Shown one piece after another: positions 26,297 through 39,379 of a stretch of DNA of 64,000 nucleotides (position 1 is its first letter; the number at the start of each line of letters is the position of its first letter). The position numbers and the translations under genes were made by a program. Where the stretch lies: NCBI RefSeq assembly GCF_964355755.1, contig NC_092673.1, forward strand, positions 15,906,948-15,970,947. Direction: 5' to 3'. Source of the stretch: Antedon mediterranea. Taxonomy: Eukaryota; Animalia; Echinodermata. The notes below the pieces were generated by a model. It had not been told where the DNA came from. It did no database searches and saw nothing but the letters and a program-made list of their open reading frames with translations.

Positions 26297-26924
26297 TTAT
26301 ATTATTTATTTAATATTTCATTTGACTTACAGAATTGTGCTTTGTTTTATGACAATTACAGGAATAGCAATACTTTGTTTGGAAATGTTGGTTTATGGCA
26401 ACCAGTTGCATCCATTGAAGTGTTTCTCAACTATTTTATTTTTACAGCAAAAATTGCAATACAATAAAATTACAGATTTTAATTCGAAATTCAGAGGTAA
26501 TCTTGGTGAACACTACAAGGGTGATCACTATCTTTTGCTCAAATTCTGCCTATGTTATCACTTACCTTTCAGACTTTTCATTTAATAGCACATAAGTTGT
26601 TCAATAAACTTGTGTTAAAATGTTAATATCAAACGTACTAATGTCTGTTGGAGAGTACAAAGGTCACAGAAGTTAGGCTGCTGAATATCTTGTAGTACTA
26701 AGTATATTTTGAACGAAACATGTCTGACATGAATATAAAAAAAGGTGTATTAGCCTGATAGTACAGTGATACGCCCGTATTCTTAAACCGGACTTTAGTC
26801 GTAGTTTGAACTTTGACTTCAAAAAGTGTTAGTTCGAGCTACAGGCTCTAGACCCCTTGATTTCTATGCTACAATTTACCCGATAAATATAGGCATATTT
26901 TGAACTTTAAAGGTCACTTCTTTT

Positions 26925-27125
26925 TAAAATTGAAAAAATGGATTGACACAGTTATTGCGCATCACGCAGTATTTTATTTATGCATTATGAAAAATGAACA
27001 AAGTGGCTACCCTAAATCTGATTAAAATTGCCTCAAATGACGCTAGAACGCGTTGCTTCCAGGGGCTTCGCCATCTGGACCCCCACCGGGGCCCCTTGGC
27101 GGCCTCTCCCTGACACCCAGCCTAG
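26925..27125 (-). mobile_element. Fragment of the 16843 hAT-like family, inverted
   Basis: Reverse-complement match to about 16920-17130. Confidence 0.75.
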
Positions 27126-27344
27126 AGAGAGATTAACCAAATTATTAACCAAATAACTGATACGTTTTTCTGATACTCACAATTGCCTAGAGGGATGTTT
27201 TTGCTGTTTTTTTAGGGTGTAAAGTATAGCGGCCAAACTGAATGGCAGCCATTTGTTGTGTATTAATTAAAGAAAAGTCATAATTGCCGTTTGGGAAAAT
27301 GAATCCACAAAACAATGTTTCCAGTTATTATGAAAAAATAATAA

Positions 27345-28170
27345 TCTTCATGTAGTAACACCAGCATACAGGGTCATCTTCATTCACTAACACCAGCATA
27401 CAGGTCATCTTCATTCAGTAACACCAGCATACAGATCATCTTCATTCAGTAACACCAGCATACAGGTCATCTTCATTCAGTAACACCAGCATACAAGTCA
27501 TCTTCATGCAGTAACACCAGCATACAGGTCGTCTTCATTCAGTAACGCCAGCATACAGGTCATCTTCATGTAGTAACGCCAGCATACAGGTCATCTTCAT
27601 GCAGTAACACCAGCATACAGGTCATCTTCATTCAGTAACGCCAGCATACAGGTCATCTTCATCCAGTAACACCAGCATACAGGTCATTTTAATGCAGTAA
27701 CACCAGCATACAGGCCATCTTCATGCAGTAACACCAGCATACAGGTCATCTTCATCCAGTAACACCAGCATACAGGTCATCTTCATCCAGTAACACCAGC
27801 ATACAGGTCATCTTCATTCAGTAACACCAGCATACAGGAGTCATCTGCATGCAGTAACACCAGCATACATCTCATCTTCATTCAGTAACACCAGCATTTA
27901 TACAGGTCATCTTCATTCAGTAATATGCAGGCATACAGGTCATCTTCATTCAGTAACGCCAGCATACAGGTCATCTTCATTCAGTATCACCATACAGGTC
28001 ATCTTCATGCAGACGTAACACCAGCATACAGGTCATCTTTCATTCAGTAACACCAGCATACATGTCATCTTCATTCAGTAACGCCAGCATACAGGTCATC
28101 TTCATTCAGTAACACCAGCATACAGGAGTCATCTTCATGCAGTAACACCAGCCTACAGGTCATCGTTCAT
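27345..28170 (+). repeat. 31-bp minisatellite (cagtaacaccagcatacaggtcatcttcatt), about 26 copies
   Basis: Directly visible; ends about 60 bp before the acceptor of exon 28229. Confidence 0.95.
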
Positions 28171-28306
28171 TCATTTAATGCAAAGGTTTCTGTCTGATGG
28201 AATTATGTTTTACATTTCATATTTTCAGAAGAGAATGTGAGGCTTACTTTTACACTAGAAGCTATCGGCATTAATAATTGTTAAATGAAGACACTGTATT
28301 TTTGCA

Positions 28307-31300
28307 ATGGAAAGGTACGTTTTTAACAATTATTTCAAACAAAAATAACCAGCTCCAATATGTGTTGATATTATTGAAATATGTAACTATTAAAAACAAA
28401 TTAAAATGTTTGAATAGTTATATTGACATAAATATATATATATAACATACTTTATGATCAGAATTTATAGTTCAAACAAAAAGAAAACACTTTGATTTTA
28501 AGATATTCTTTTGAGAAAAATACTTAAAACTTTCTTAAAAGATTATAAAATCCAAATTTATTTCTTTCTTTCTTTAAAAATTATGAAATCATAAATATTA
28601 CAATTAAAGGGCTCATTCTCATTAAATATAATAATAATAATATATCCATCAATCATCATTCTCATTAAATACACGGGTATAAATGGATTATTTCTTACAT
28701 TTTGACAGGAAACATTTGGTAGAAGCTTTGTTAAGGAATGATTTGAAAACAATTAAACAAATCTGTAAGACGCAACCAGGTCTTCTGAAATCTATCAATG
28801 AGGTATAAAAACAGATATATTTTTATAATATTATCAAAGAAGAAATTCTTTTCATTAAAGTTTAAAATTATAGAGGATGTAATTTTATTTAATAGTTTAA
28901 AGCTTTTTTAGGGTCTGTTTCTGCTGAAAAAATGAAAATAATCGATTTTTTCCAGTCACCGCAAACCACAAAAATAATCGCGTTGCAATTGAAAATTGCT
29001 ACGACTTTAATCGGTTATTCAGGTAATCAGTTTTTAAAATCACGTCATCATTCTCCCACAGCGCAGTTCAAGTTATGAAAGGCCGATGAGAGTTGGTTTG
29101 TTTACATCCTATCGCTGCCTAAAACTCTCACATGTAGGATTAAAAATTACTCTTACGTAAAGCTATATTGTTTGTAAAATAAACATCTAGGCCTACTACC
29201 GTACCACATACAACAGAATAATGATGTTATATTAATAAGGACACGTCGGCGAAAAAAGTTCGTTTCGCCGTTCGTTGGTTCTACCTTCGGCCTGCTAGGC
29301 ATATGCATTTCTACCGAAACAAGTCAACAGACAACAGGCCTAAAAAATGACATGTAAAACATCGTTAGCCTGGACTGGTGGTGGTATGTAACGGGTGTAC
29401 TTGTAACACAGAATCCTGGGGTCATCCTGGAGTTTCTCGGTATAATTCTACCCCACAAAATAATAAAAATCAAATGTTTAACATTTGATTGTTATTCGGT
29501 CGCGATCGTGGTTTTGCTGATCGTCGTCGATATCGCGCAAATAAACAGCATGTTTTGTGACGTGAATAAGTTTGTCATACTCTAGAGGTCAAAGTGAGGT
29601 CAATAATCGCTATTTGTGTTGCAGCTCAAAACTGCTCCGCAATAATCGGTTAAAACAAGAAATAATCGATTAAAACACGCAATGGATTGAGTGTTTTTAA
29701 TCGGTTATTTTTAATCGGTTATTTTATTTTGCGCTGTTTCTGCTGCCCAAAAATAATCGATTAAAAAAATAAACGGTTAATAATCGATTATTTCTGCTCA
29801 GCAGAAACAGGCCCTTACTTAATGAATTACAATTCTTTTGCATTATCACACTGATGATGGAAGCTTACCTCTATGTACTGATTATCCATATTAGGCTAAA
29901 AATAATCTATATATAAATTTACGTAAGGGCAAAATTCGATAAATCTCTGTTTATTTCTAGAATTTTTACTCGATGGTATATAAAGTTGGTTCATACTTTC
30001 GGTACTCATTTTAACCATCTGATGTAACCCTGTTTACTAATTAAATTGAGTTAGGTAATTAGTTATTGACGATTAAAACGAATTTAGGTTCAACGATTTG
30101 CCCCAAATAGGGGTGTTTTCCAATCGTGGTATACACTGTCTAATGGATGTCCATCTTGAAAAATACCCGCCACAAAAATGCGAGGAGGCTTCGCATTTTC
30201 CTATCTCCTCCTCCGATAATTGTTTTTAATAGCTGAAAACTGGTTGAACAGCTAGAGTACAGCATCATAATGTTGAAGACAGGCCGATTTTCTTAAAAAA
30301 TACTATTTTGATATATTTAATATACGATTATACAAATGTATTGATTTGCGATGAATGGAACATCCCAATCTCACAGTCTGCCAGAGTTTGGTTTAACACA
30401 AGTAGGTAAATTTATGAGCCCTTGGTTTAACACATACAGTAGGTAAATATATGGGCCCTTTGAGAATAAACTTGCAATACTTTGACAATACTGTAATTGG
30501 TCCTCATTTGAATCGAACATTTCTTACTGTGAATGTCTGTACTGTTAGATGTAATATAAAAATATATACAAATAAACGTTATTACTGAGATTGTGGTGAG
30601 GCTCTACTGTTAGATATATAAACACATTATTATATATAAATAAACTTTATACTGACAGTTCCTTCTCAACGTTTGTATTAATTAATAATTACCAATAATA
30701 TAAACGTCGTAGTGGTGTATCGTGACATGTACTTTAATATTTCAATCGATTATGACAGTGACAGTTTCAACAAAGTATTAAATCGCAAATGTTTTACTGT
30801 ATTTAGAGGTATATTATTTATAGGCCTATAAAACATGAACAACATATTTCGTTACTGAGTGGATAAAGAATATATTTAAAAATTGTTCCTCTTTGTACTT
30901 ATCCGCTTTCCCATCCCTCAACCCTAATGTTACATACAAAACACAAATTGGGTTTCTTTAAATGAGTCCAAATCAAAAATTTGGACTCATTTTGTGATAA
31001 GTTTCTCCTTCGGAAGTAATTCCCAGGGTGCTAATTTTAGTTGACTACATAAATCGTGTCTATTTATTCGTTTCTGTAAACGACAATGTATTGTAGTCCT
31101 GCGGTACGTACATTTGAAATGCCAGTTTTGTTACGCTGAAATTACTGTGTATTCGAGAACCATCTGTGAGCACGACCATCTAGTAATATAAATACACACT
31201 GATGATGGAGGTTTAACCTGTATGTACTGATTAACAACATTAGGCTAAAAATAATAATATAAATACACACTGATGATGGAGGTTTAACCTGCATGTACTG

Positions 31301-34300
31301 ATTATCCATATTAGGCTAAAAATAATAATATAAATACACACTGATGATGGGGGTATAACCTGCATGTACTGATTAACCACATTAGGCTAAAAATAATAAT
31401 ATAAATACACACTGATGATGGAGGTTTAACCTGCATGTACTGATTATCCATATTAGGCTAAAAATACACACTGATGATGGAGGTATAACCTGCATGTACT
31501 GATTAACCACATTAGGCTAAAAATAATAATATAAATACACACTGATGATGGAGGTATAACCTGCATGCACTGATTAACAACATTAGGCTAAAAATAATAA
31601 TATAAATACTGTACACACTGATGATGGAGGTATAACCTGCATGTACTGATTAACCACATTAGGCTAAAAATAATAATATAAATACACACTGATGATGGGG
31701 GTATAACCTGCATGTACTGATTAACCACATTAGGCTAAAAATAATAATATAAATACACACTGATGATGGAGGTATAACCTGCATGCACTGATTAACAACA
31801 TTAGGCTAAAAATAATAATATAAATACTGTACACACTGATGATGGAGGTATAACCTGCATGTACTGATTAACCACATTAGGCTAAAAATAATAATATAAA
31901 TACACACTGATGATGGGGGTATAACCTGCATGTACTGATTAACCACATTAGGCTAAAAATAATAATATAAATACACACTGATGATGGAGGTTTAACCTGC
32001 ATGTACTGATTATCCATATTAGGCTAAAAATAATAATATAAATACACACTGATGATGGAGGTATAACCTGCATGTACTGATTAACCACATTAGGCTAAAA
32101 ATAATAATATAAATACACACTGATGATGGAGGTTTAACCTGTATGTACTGATTAACAACATTAGGCTAAAAATAATAATATAAATACACACTGATGATGG
32201 AGGTTTAACCTGCATGTACTGATTATCCATATTAGGCTAAAAATAATAATATAAATACACACTGATGATGGAGGTATAACCTGCATGTACTGATTAACCA
32301 CATTAGGCTAAAAATAATAATATAAATACACACTGATGATGGAGGTTTAACCTGCATGTACTGATTATCCATATTAGGCTAAAAATAATAATATAAATAC
32401 ACACTGATGATGGAGGTATAACCTGCATGTACTGATTAACCACATTAGGCTAAAAATAATAATATAAATACACACTGATGATGGAGGTATAACCTGCATG
32501 CACTGATTAACAACATTAGGCTAAAAATAATAATATAAATACTGTACACACTGATGATGGAGGTATAACCTGCATGTACTGATTAACCACATTAGGCTAA
32601 AAATAATAATATAAATACACACTGATGATGGGGGTATAACCTGCATGTACTGATTAACCACATTAGGCTAAAAATAATAATATAAATACACACTGATGAT
32701 GGAGGTATAACCTGCATGCACTGATTAACAACATTAGGCTAAAAATAATAATATAAATACTGTACACACTGATGATGGAGGTATAACCTGCATGTACTGA
32801 TTAACCACATTAGGCTAAAAATAATAATATAAATACACACTGATGATGGGGGTATAACCTGCATGTACTGATTAACCACATTAGGCTAAAAATAATAATA
32901 TAAATACACACTGATGATGGAGGTTTAACCTGCATGTACTGATTATCCATATTAGGCTAAAAATAATAATATAAATACACACTGATGATGGAGGTATAAC
33001 CTGCATGTACTGATTAACCACATTAGGCTAAAAATAATAATATAAATACACACTGATGATGGAGGTATAACCTGCATGCACTGATTAACAACATTAGGCT
33101 AAAAATAATAATATAAATACACACTGATGATGGAGGTATAACCTGCATGTACTGATTAACCACATTAGGCTAAAAATAATAATATAAATACACACTGATG
33201 ATGGGGGTATAACCTGCATGTACTGATTAACCACATTAGGCTAAAAATAATAATATAAATACACACTGATGATAGAGGTATAACCTGCATGCACTGATTA
33301 ACCACATTAGGCTAAAAATAATAATATAAATACACACTGATGATGGAGGTATAACCTGCATGTACTGATTAACCACATTAGGCTAAAAATAATAATATAA
33401 ATACACACTGATGATGGGGGTATAACCTGCATGTACTGATTAACCACATTAGGCTAAAAATAATAATATAAATACACACTGATGATGGAGGTAATTATAA
33501 CCTGCATGCACGGATTAACCACATTAGGCTAGAAAAAATAATATAAATACACACTGATGATGGGGGTATAACCTGCATGTACTGATTAACCACATTAGGC
33601 TAAAAATAATAATATAAATAAATCAAAGCTTAGCAGAATCTAAATGAAGCATAAAAGACATGATTTTGTGAAAAATGTTACAATTAGAGAAAAAGTAAAG
33701 ACTTGATTACAACAAACCAAATAAAAAACTAAATAGTTAATATGATTTATGAACTGATTTAAAGTGTACAGTTACCTGTCAAATATTACATATATCTTTA
33801 ATTTTCTCAATGAAAAATCTTCATAATGGTAACCTACAATAATAATAATAATATCCTGGATTTATATAGCGCCTAATGTTGTGAAACCTCTAAGCGCTGA
33901 ACATTATTACCCCAGTCATTTTCCTGATCAAACACCTATGGAAACATACTCCCATAATGCAGCTAGTAATAAGCGCAAAGTTGTGTCTTGATCTAACCGG
34001 GTTCCCAATTATACACCTGGGTGGAGAGAGGCAAACGTAAGTAAAGTATCTTGCCTAAGGATACAAGCAATGCGGCGGGAGTTGGATTCGAAACTCGATC
34101 TCACGATCAGCAGTCCAACGTCCTTACAATGTTGTTAACATTTTTATGACCTTAAAACAAATATAAATTGCTCATTATTACTGTATGTACTTTAAGATAA
34201 CGATTGACAATGGTCTAATTAATTGTAAATACGAAATAAAATGGGACATGCTACATTGACTATTAATAAAATAACAAATTAAAAAATGTTAAAAATAGAA

Positions 34301-37300
34301 TCTGATTTCAATAAAAAAGGATTATTAATTGTTAATAACCTGCTCCCGCCCTTTACTTACTTTACAATAAAAAACAAACATTTTGCACAAAAGGAAGAGA
34401 AATGTAAATAATGTTCAGTTTAGTAAAAATGTTTGAGCAATGCAATTTCAAAAAGAAATTTAATATGAAATTATTCTTTTCAAACAGTGCCATATCTTAT
34501 CTTATGACTTTTTGGAAAAAATAATTCAATTAAAGTTGTCAGTTAAAATTTGATATACTGGTAAGTAAGTGCCCACAGATGGTTCTCGAATACATAAACT
34601 TCGGTAAATAACTGAATATTGTCTAAGTCACACTGTACACAAAGCAAATAAATACAGATATGATGGAATTTATGTATTCAAATATAATTGTCATCTATAT
34701 ATAAATTTACGTAAGGGCAAAATTCGGTAAATCGCGCCTTACTTCTAGAATTTTCACTCGATGGTATGTAAAGTTGGTTCGTACTTTCGGTACTGATTTT
34801 AACCGCCTGATGTAACCCTGTTTACTAATTAAATTGAGTTAGATAATTAGTTATTGACGATTAAAACGAATTTAGGTTCAAAGATTTGCCCCAAATAGGG
34901 GTGTTTTCCGATCGTGGTATACACTGTCTAATGGATGTCCATCTTGAAAAATACCCGCCAAAAAAATGCGAGGAGGCTTCGCATTTTTCTATCTCCTCCT
35001 ACGATAATTGTTTTTAATAGCTGAAAACCGGTTGAACAGCTAGAGTACACCATCATAATGTTGAAGACAGGCCGATTTTCTTTAAAAAATACTATTTTGA
35101 TAGATTTAATATACGATTATACAAATGTATTGATTTGCGATGAATGGAACATCCCAATCTCTCAGTCTGCCAGAATTTGGTTTAACACAAGTACTGTAGG
35201 TAAATTTATGAGCCCTTGGTTTAACACATACGGTAGGTAAATATATGGGCCCTTTGAGAATAAACTTGCAATACTTTGACAATACTGTAAATACCTATTA
35301 ACTATTTTTCATTTGAATCGAACATTTCTTACTGTGAATGTTCGTACTGTTAGATGTAATATAAAAATATATACAAATAAACTTTATTACTGAGACTGTG
35401 GATAGGCTCTACTGTTAGATATACAAATAAACTTTATACTGACAGTTCCTTCTCAACGTTTGTATTAATTAATAATTACCAAAAATATAAACGTCGTAGT
35501 GGTGTATCGTGACATGTACTTTAATATTTCAATCGATTATGACAGTGACAGTTTTAACAAAGTATTAAATCGCAAATGTTTTAGGCCTATTGTATTTAGA
35601 GGTATATTATTTATAGGCCTATAAAACATGAACAAAATATTTCGTTACTCAGTGGATAAAGAATATATTTAAAAATTGTTCCTCTTTGTACCTATCCGCT
35701 TTCCCATCCCTCAACCCTAATGTTACATAGCGAGGAGGCTTCGCATTTTCCTATCTCCTCCTACGATAATTGTTTTTAATAGCTGAAAACCGGTTGAACA
35801 GCTAGAGTACACCATCATAATGTTGAAGACAGGCCGATTTTCTTTTAAAAATACTATTTTGATAGATTGCTAGAGTACACCATCATAATGTTGAAGACAG
35901 GCCGATTTTCTTTAAAAAATACTATTTTGATAGATTTAATATACGATTATACAAATGTATTGATTTGCGATGAATGGAACATCCAGTTTGGTTTAACACA
36001 AGTACTGTAGGTAAATTTATGAGCCCTTGGTTTAACACATACGGTAGGTAAATATATGGGCCCTTTGAGAATAAACTTGCAATAGGTTCGGAAAATGTTA
36101 AAAACCAATTTCTATTATTTGAATCGGTAAATTGTTTTTAATAGCTGAAAACCGGTTGAACAGCTAGAGTACACCATCATAATGTTGAAGACAGGCCGAT
36201 TTTCTTTTAAAAATACTATTTTGATAGATTGCTAGAGTACACCATCATAATGTTGAAGACAGGCCGATTTTCTTTAAAAAATACTATTTTGATAGATTTA
36301 ATATACGATTATACAAATGTATTGATTTGCGATGAATGGAACATCCAGTTTGGTTTAACACAAGTACTGTAGGTAAATTTATGAGCCCTTGGTTTAACAC
36401 ATACGGTAGGTAAATATATGGGCCCTTTGAGAATAAACTTGCAATAGGTTCGGAAAATGTTAAAAACCAATTTCTATTATTTGAATCGGTAAACAGTTTC
36501 CATTTATTATACATTGATAATGAAACATGAAATATTCCTATTTATGTCCCTCGAGGTTCATTACAATTTATATTTAGTAGTCCCACGGACTTCATCTTAG
36601 CCACTCCCCCGAGTGCTAAGGCCAAATTTATGATACCCTACATTCTATGTAAGTTTAGTTACAGTTAGTTTTTGACGATAATACAACGAATTTAGGTTAC
36701 ACCCTTCGGCCGCGAAAACGTTTCTGTACAAATATGATACCGATTGGCTTTATTTCATTCAACAGCGACCATAATCTCGCCAATTACAGGATAGATAAAC
36801 TATTTTATTATTGATGTGCTTATAAATTAAGACTCATGTAAACAGCTTGATTACATCATTTTACAGACAAACGAAACTTTTTTAAACCTACTGTTTCAAT
36901 AACTGAGTATAATACTGTATACGTTTTCATAAGTAAGTGCATATACATTTTCGTGTTTTCATTGACGAGATTGTAATAGTAACTTCAGTAACTATATTAC
37001 AGTACTTATTTATTATACGACACAAGACAATTGTATCTGACAGGTACGTACATTATTCTAAAAAATAAGTCTATAGATCCCTTAGGCGTCATAAATCACA
37101 GGCCAACAAATCAGTACTCATGACAGAAATTCGACCCAGTTTGGTTCACACAAATGTTTACAGGAAGTTCAACACCACAACCGATGATTTGCCCTAAATA
37201 TTTAGGTAGACTACAGTTTAATTTTTCACTGAATAGGAGCTTGAATTTCCGATTTCCATTTCGCAGAATGTCTAGGTCTATTTATTTAGTTTGGTTCTTA

Positions 37301-38354
37301 TAATATATAAATACAATCAACTTTATTACTGCGGTTCCATCACCACCACCACGTGCCGCCGCCCAATTCCCGTACATACATTTCCATTTCTCCCTAATTT
37401 CTTTAATCCACATAAATTAATTGTCCTTTATGGAATCCAGTATTGGTTTTGTTGTCTCTATTTCTGAATACCCCAATTAGGGGGACACTTCCGTTTTTGT
37501 TTAGTGTCCCAAAAAAGTCCCCGTCCGTGGATTCTACTGTATTCGAGAACCATCTGTGAGCACCCCTAGATGGTACGCGAGCGAAGCGAGCGTGCCATCT
37601 AGTCCTGAGAATTACCTTAATTTTGTTTATTGCATGGTATTGTTCACCAAATTCCTGTCTTGGTACATTTGATGATGGGATGGTATAAGGCTTCATGATA
37701 TGATATGATTTTCATCGAGTCATGATATGATATGATCTTCATCGAGGCAAATGATAAATTTGTTTTGATCGTCAATATAGTACACTGGTTTTCATTAGGT
37801 GTTAAAAATTAGTACTGAAAGTATTTACCATCGTTCTCTACCATTGGGTAAACATTCTAAAAGTTGAACTTAATTTACAGAAATGTCCCATTACGTAAAT
37901 TTATTTATAAATTCATTAAACTGCTTATTGGCCTCATATTTTTAATATCTGAACATTTGTTTGTACAATTTTATGAAATATTTATTTTATAACATTCAAA
38001 TTTTGTGATTGACATTGTACAGTAATTAGATTTTGATGATTACTTACATTAAGTAATAGGCTAACAATCACTAGATCTGATCCATGGTAATATATTATAT
38101 TTTGTTTTCATTTATCAATAATGATAATTAGGATTTTATCACATTATTTAGCAGTAATTGTTGTTGTTTGTATTAACAAAAAAAAAAACAATTTCACATA
38201 ATGTCTGTTGTCAGTATTTATAAACTTCATGATTACGATTCCTTTCCAGAATGGGAACACGCCATTACATGAGTGTCTGTGGCTTGGAGACCCTACCTTA
38301 GAAATAGTGACGTGTCTCATTCAGCATGGGGCGCCAGTAGCATTGCAAAATAAG
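28307..38354 (+). CDS. Host ankyrin-repeat protein, 5' part (coding exons 28307-28314, 28709-28802, 38250-38354; continues beyond window)
   Basis: Canonical AG/GT sites with compatible phases give MERKHLVEALLRNDLKTIKQICKTQPGLLKSINE|NGNTPLHECLWLGDPTLEIVTCLIQHGAPVALQNK, which contains the GxTPLH...EIVxxLIxxGA ankyrin consensus. Confidence 0.8.
28911..29814. mobile_element. PIF/Harbinger-type MITE
   Basis: TIR GGG(T/C)CTGTTTCTGCTGA; TTA TSD; subterminal aatcg(g/a)tt repeats. Confidence 0.85.
29906..31183 (+). mobile_element. Non-autonomous Helitron, copy 1
   Basis: 5'-TCTATATATAAATTTACG, 3'-CTAG; inserted between A and T of a 71-bp satellite monomer with no TSD. The 3' hairpin is deleted relative to copy 2. 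Confidence 0.88.
31184..33620 (+). repeat. 71-bp satellite (about 34 copies); its first monomer starts at about 29847 and is split by the Helitron
   Basis: Unit acacactgatgatggaggtataacctgcatgtactgattaaccacattaggctaaaaataataatataaat, with recurring variant order. Confidence 0.96.
33680..34690 (+). repeat. Old intronic duplication, paralogous to 38425-39005 joined to 63845-64000
   Basis: Shared blocks such as aaaccaaataaaaaa, gatttaaagtgtacagttacct, gaaattattcttttcaaac and tcttatcttatgacttt. Confidence 0.8.
33838..34126 (-). mobile_element. tRNA-derived CORE-like SINE with L2-like tail
   Basis: Minus strand: ttcgaatcc B box, ctctccacccaggtgtataattggg central domain, gcgctatataaatcc...(tat)n tail. 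Absent from the paralogous intron copy. Confidence 0.7.
34558..37910 (-). mobile_element. Older diverged Helitron of the same family, inverted and split by copy 2
   Basis: 37760-37910 reverse-complements the Helitron 5' end. 34570-34593 reverse-complements the 3' subterminal gtattcgagaaccatctgtg. Confidence 0.65.
34694..37602 (+). mobile_element. Non-autonomous Helitron, copy 2, with internal tandem re-duplications (35730-36490)
   Basis: A|TCTATATATAAATTTACG start; terminal hairpin gatggtacgc...gcgtgccatc then CTAG|T. Confidence 0.9.
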
Positions 38355-39379
38355 GTAAATGTATAGGGATTTGCTTGTGTAATAGGCTAACATTATATAG
38401 ATCTACTGAAGTAAACCATTTAATGAGAGAAAAAAGTAAGCACATTAACAAAAATCAAATTTGATTAAAACAAACCAAATAAAAAAATAACTAAATAGTT
38501 ATATATGATTTATGATAACTGATTTAAAGTGTACAGTTACCTATCATATAACATAAATCTTTAATTCTCTTAATGAACAAAAAAATCAATTTTTTTTATA
38601 TATTCAGTTATTAATTAACAATTATTGACAATGGTCTAATTAATTGTAAATATGAAATAAAATGCGACAACTACTAAACAACTAAAAATGTTTATGTTAA
38701 AAAAATTAATAGAATCTGATTTTAATAAAAAATAATTATTAATTAATAACCTACTCCCTCCCTTACCTTACAAAAAATGCTTCTGTCAGTCTATCCAGCT
38801 AATTATAAACATGGCCTTAAACTACATCTGGAGATCCTTTTCCAACCTAGGATATTTTTGTGCAAACATTTTGCCACAAAAGGAAGAGAAATGTAAATAA
38901 TATTTAGCCTTTAGTTAGTGGTTTCCAAAATTTAAAATGTTTGAGCAATGCAATTTAAAAAAGAAAGCTAATATGAAATTATTCTTTTCAAACTGAATGC
39001 TTTAAAGTTGTATTGTCCCCCAAAACTTGAAAAATAAAGATGAAAAAAATCAAATTTTGAATAGACCATTTTATAGTTATACTAAAGTTACTCACTTTCG
39101 CCCAAAAAAATCCGGGGAAAAAAATGATTTTGCTTACCAAAAAACCGATTTATCATCATTTTTTTCGAACTCGGAGCGCTGATATTTCAAAATACTGTCG
39201 TTTAATCATCAACTAATGAATATGCACGATATGCTAATGACCACATACTTTTTGAGCGACGGCCGCCGGTAATCGAAAAAAAGTTTAGTGTCGCGATTAT
39301 CGGAAAACTTGTGCGCTTAGAGCGTGAAAGATTGTTTTTGCATCCGATTGTCGAAAAGATAAAAAGCCTGAAAATCTAA

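Noticed and set aside
26229-26585. 118-aa ORF
   Set aside because: Low-complexity AT-rich translation that crosses a probable splice donor; no domain recognised.
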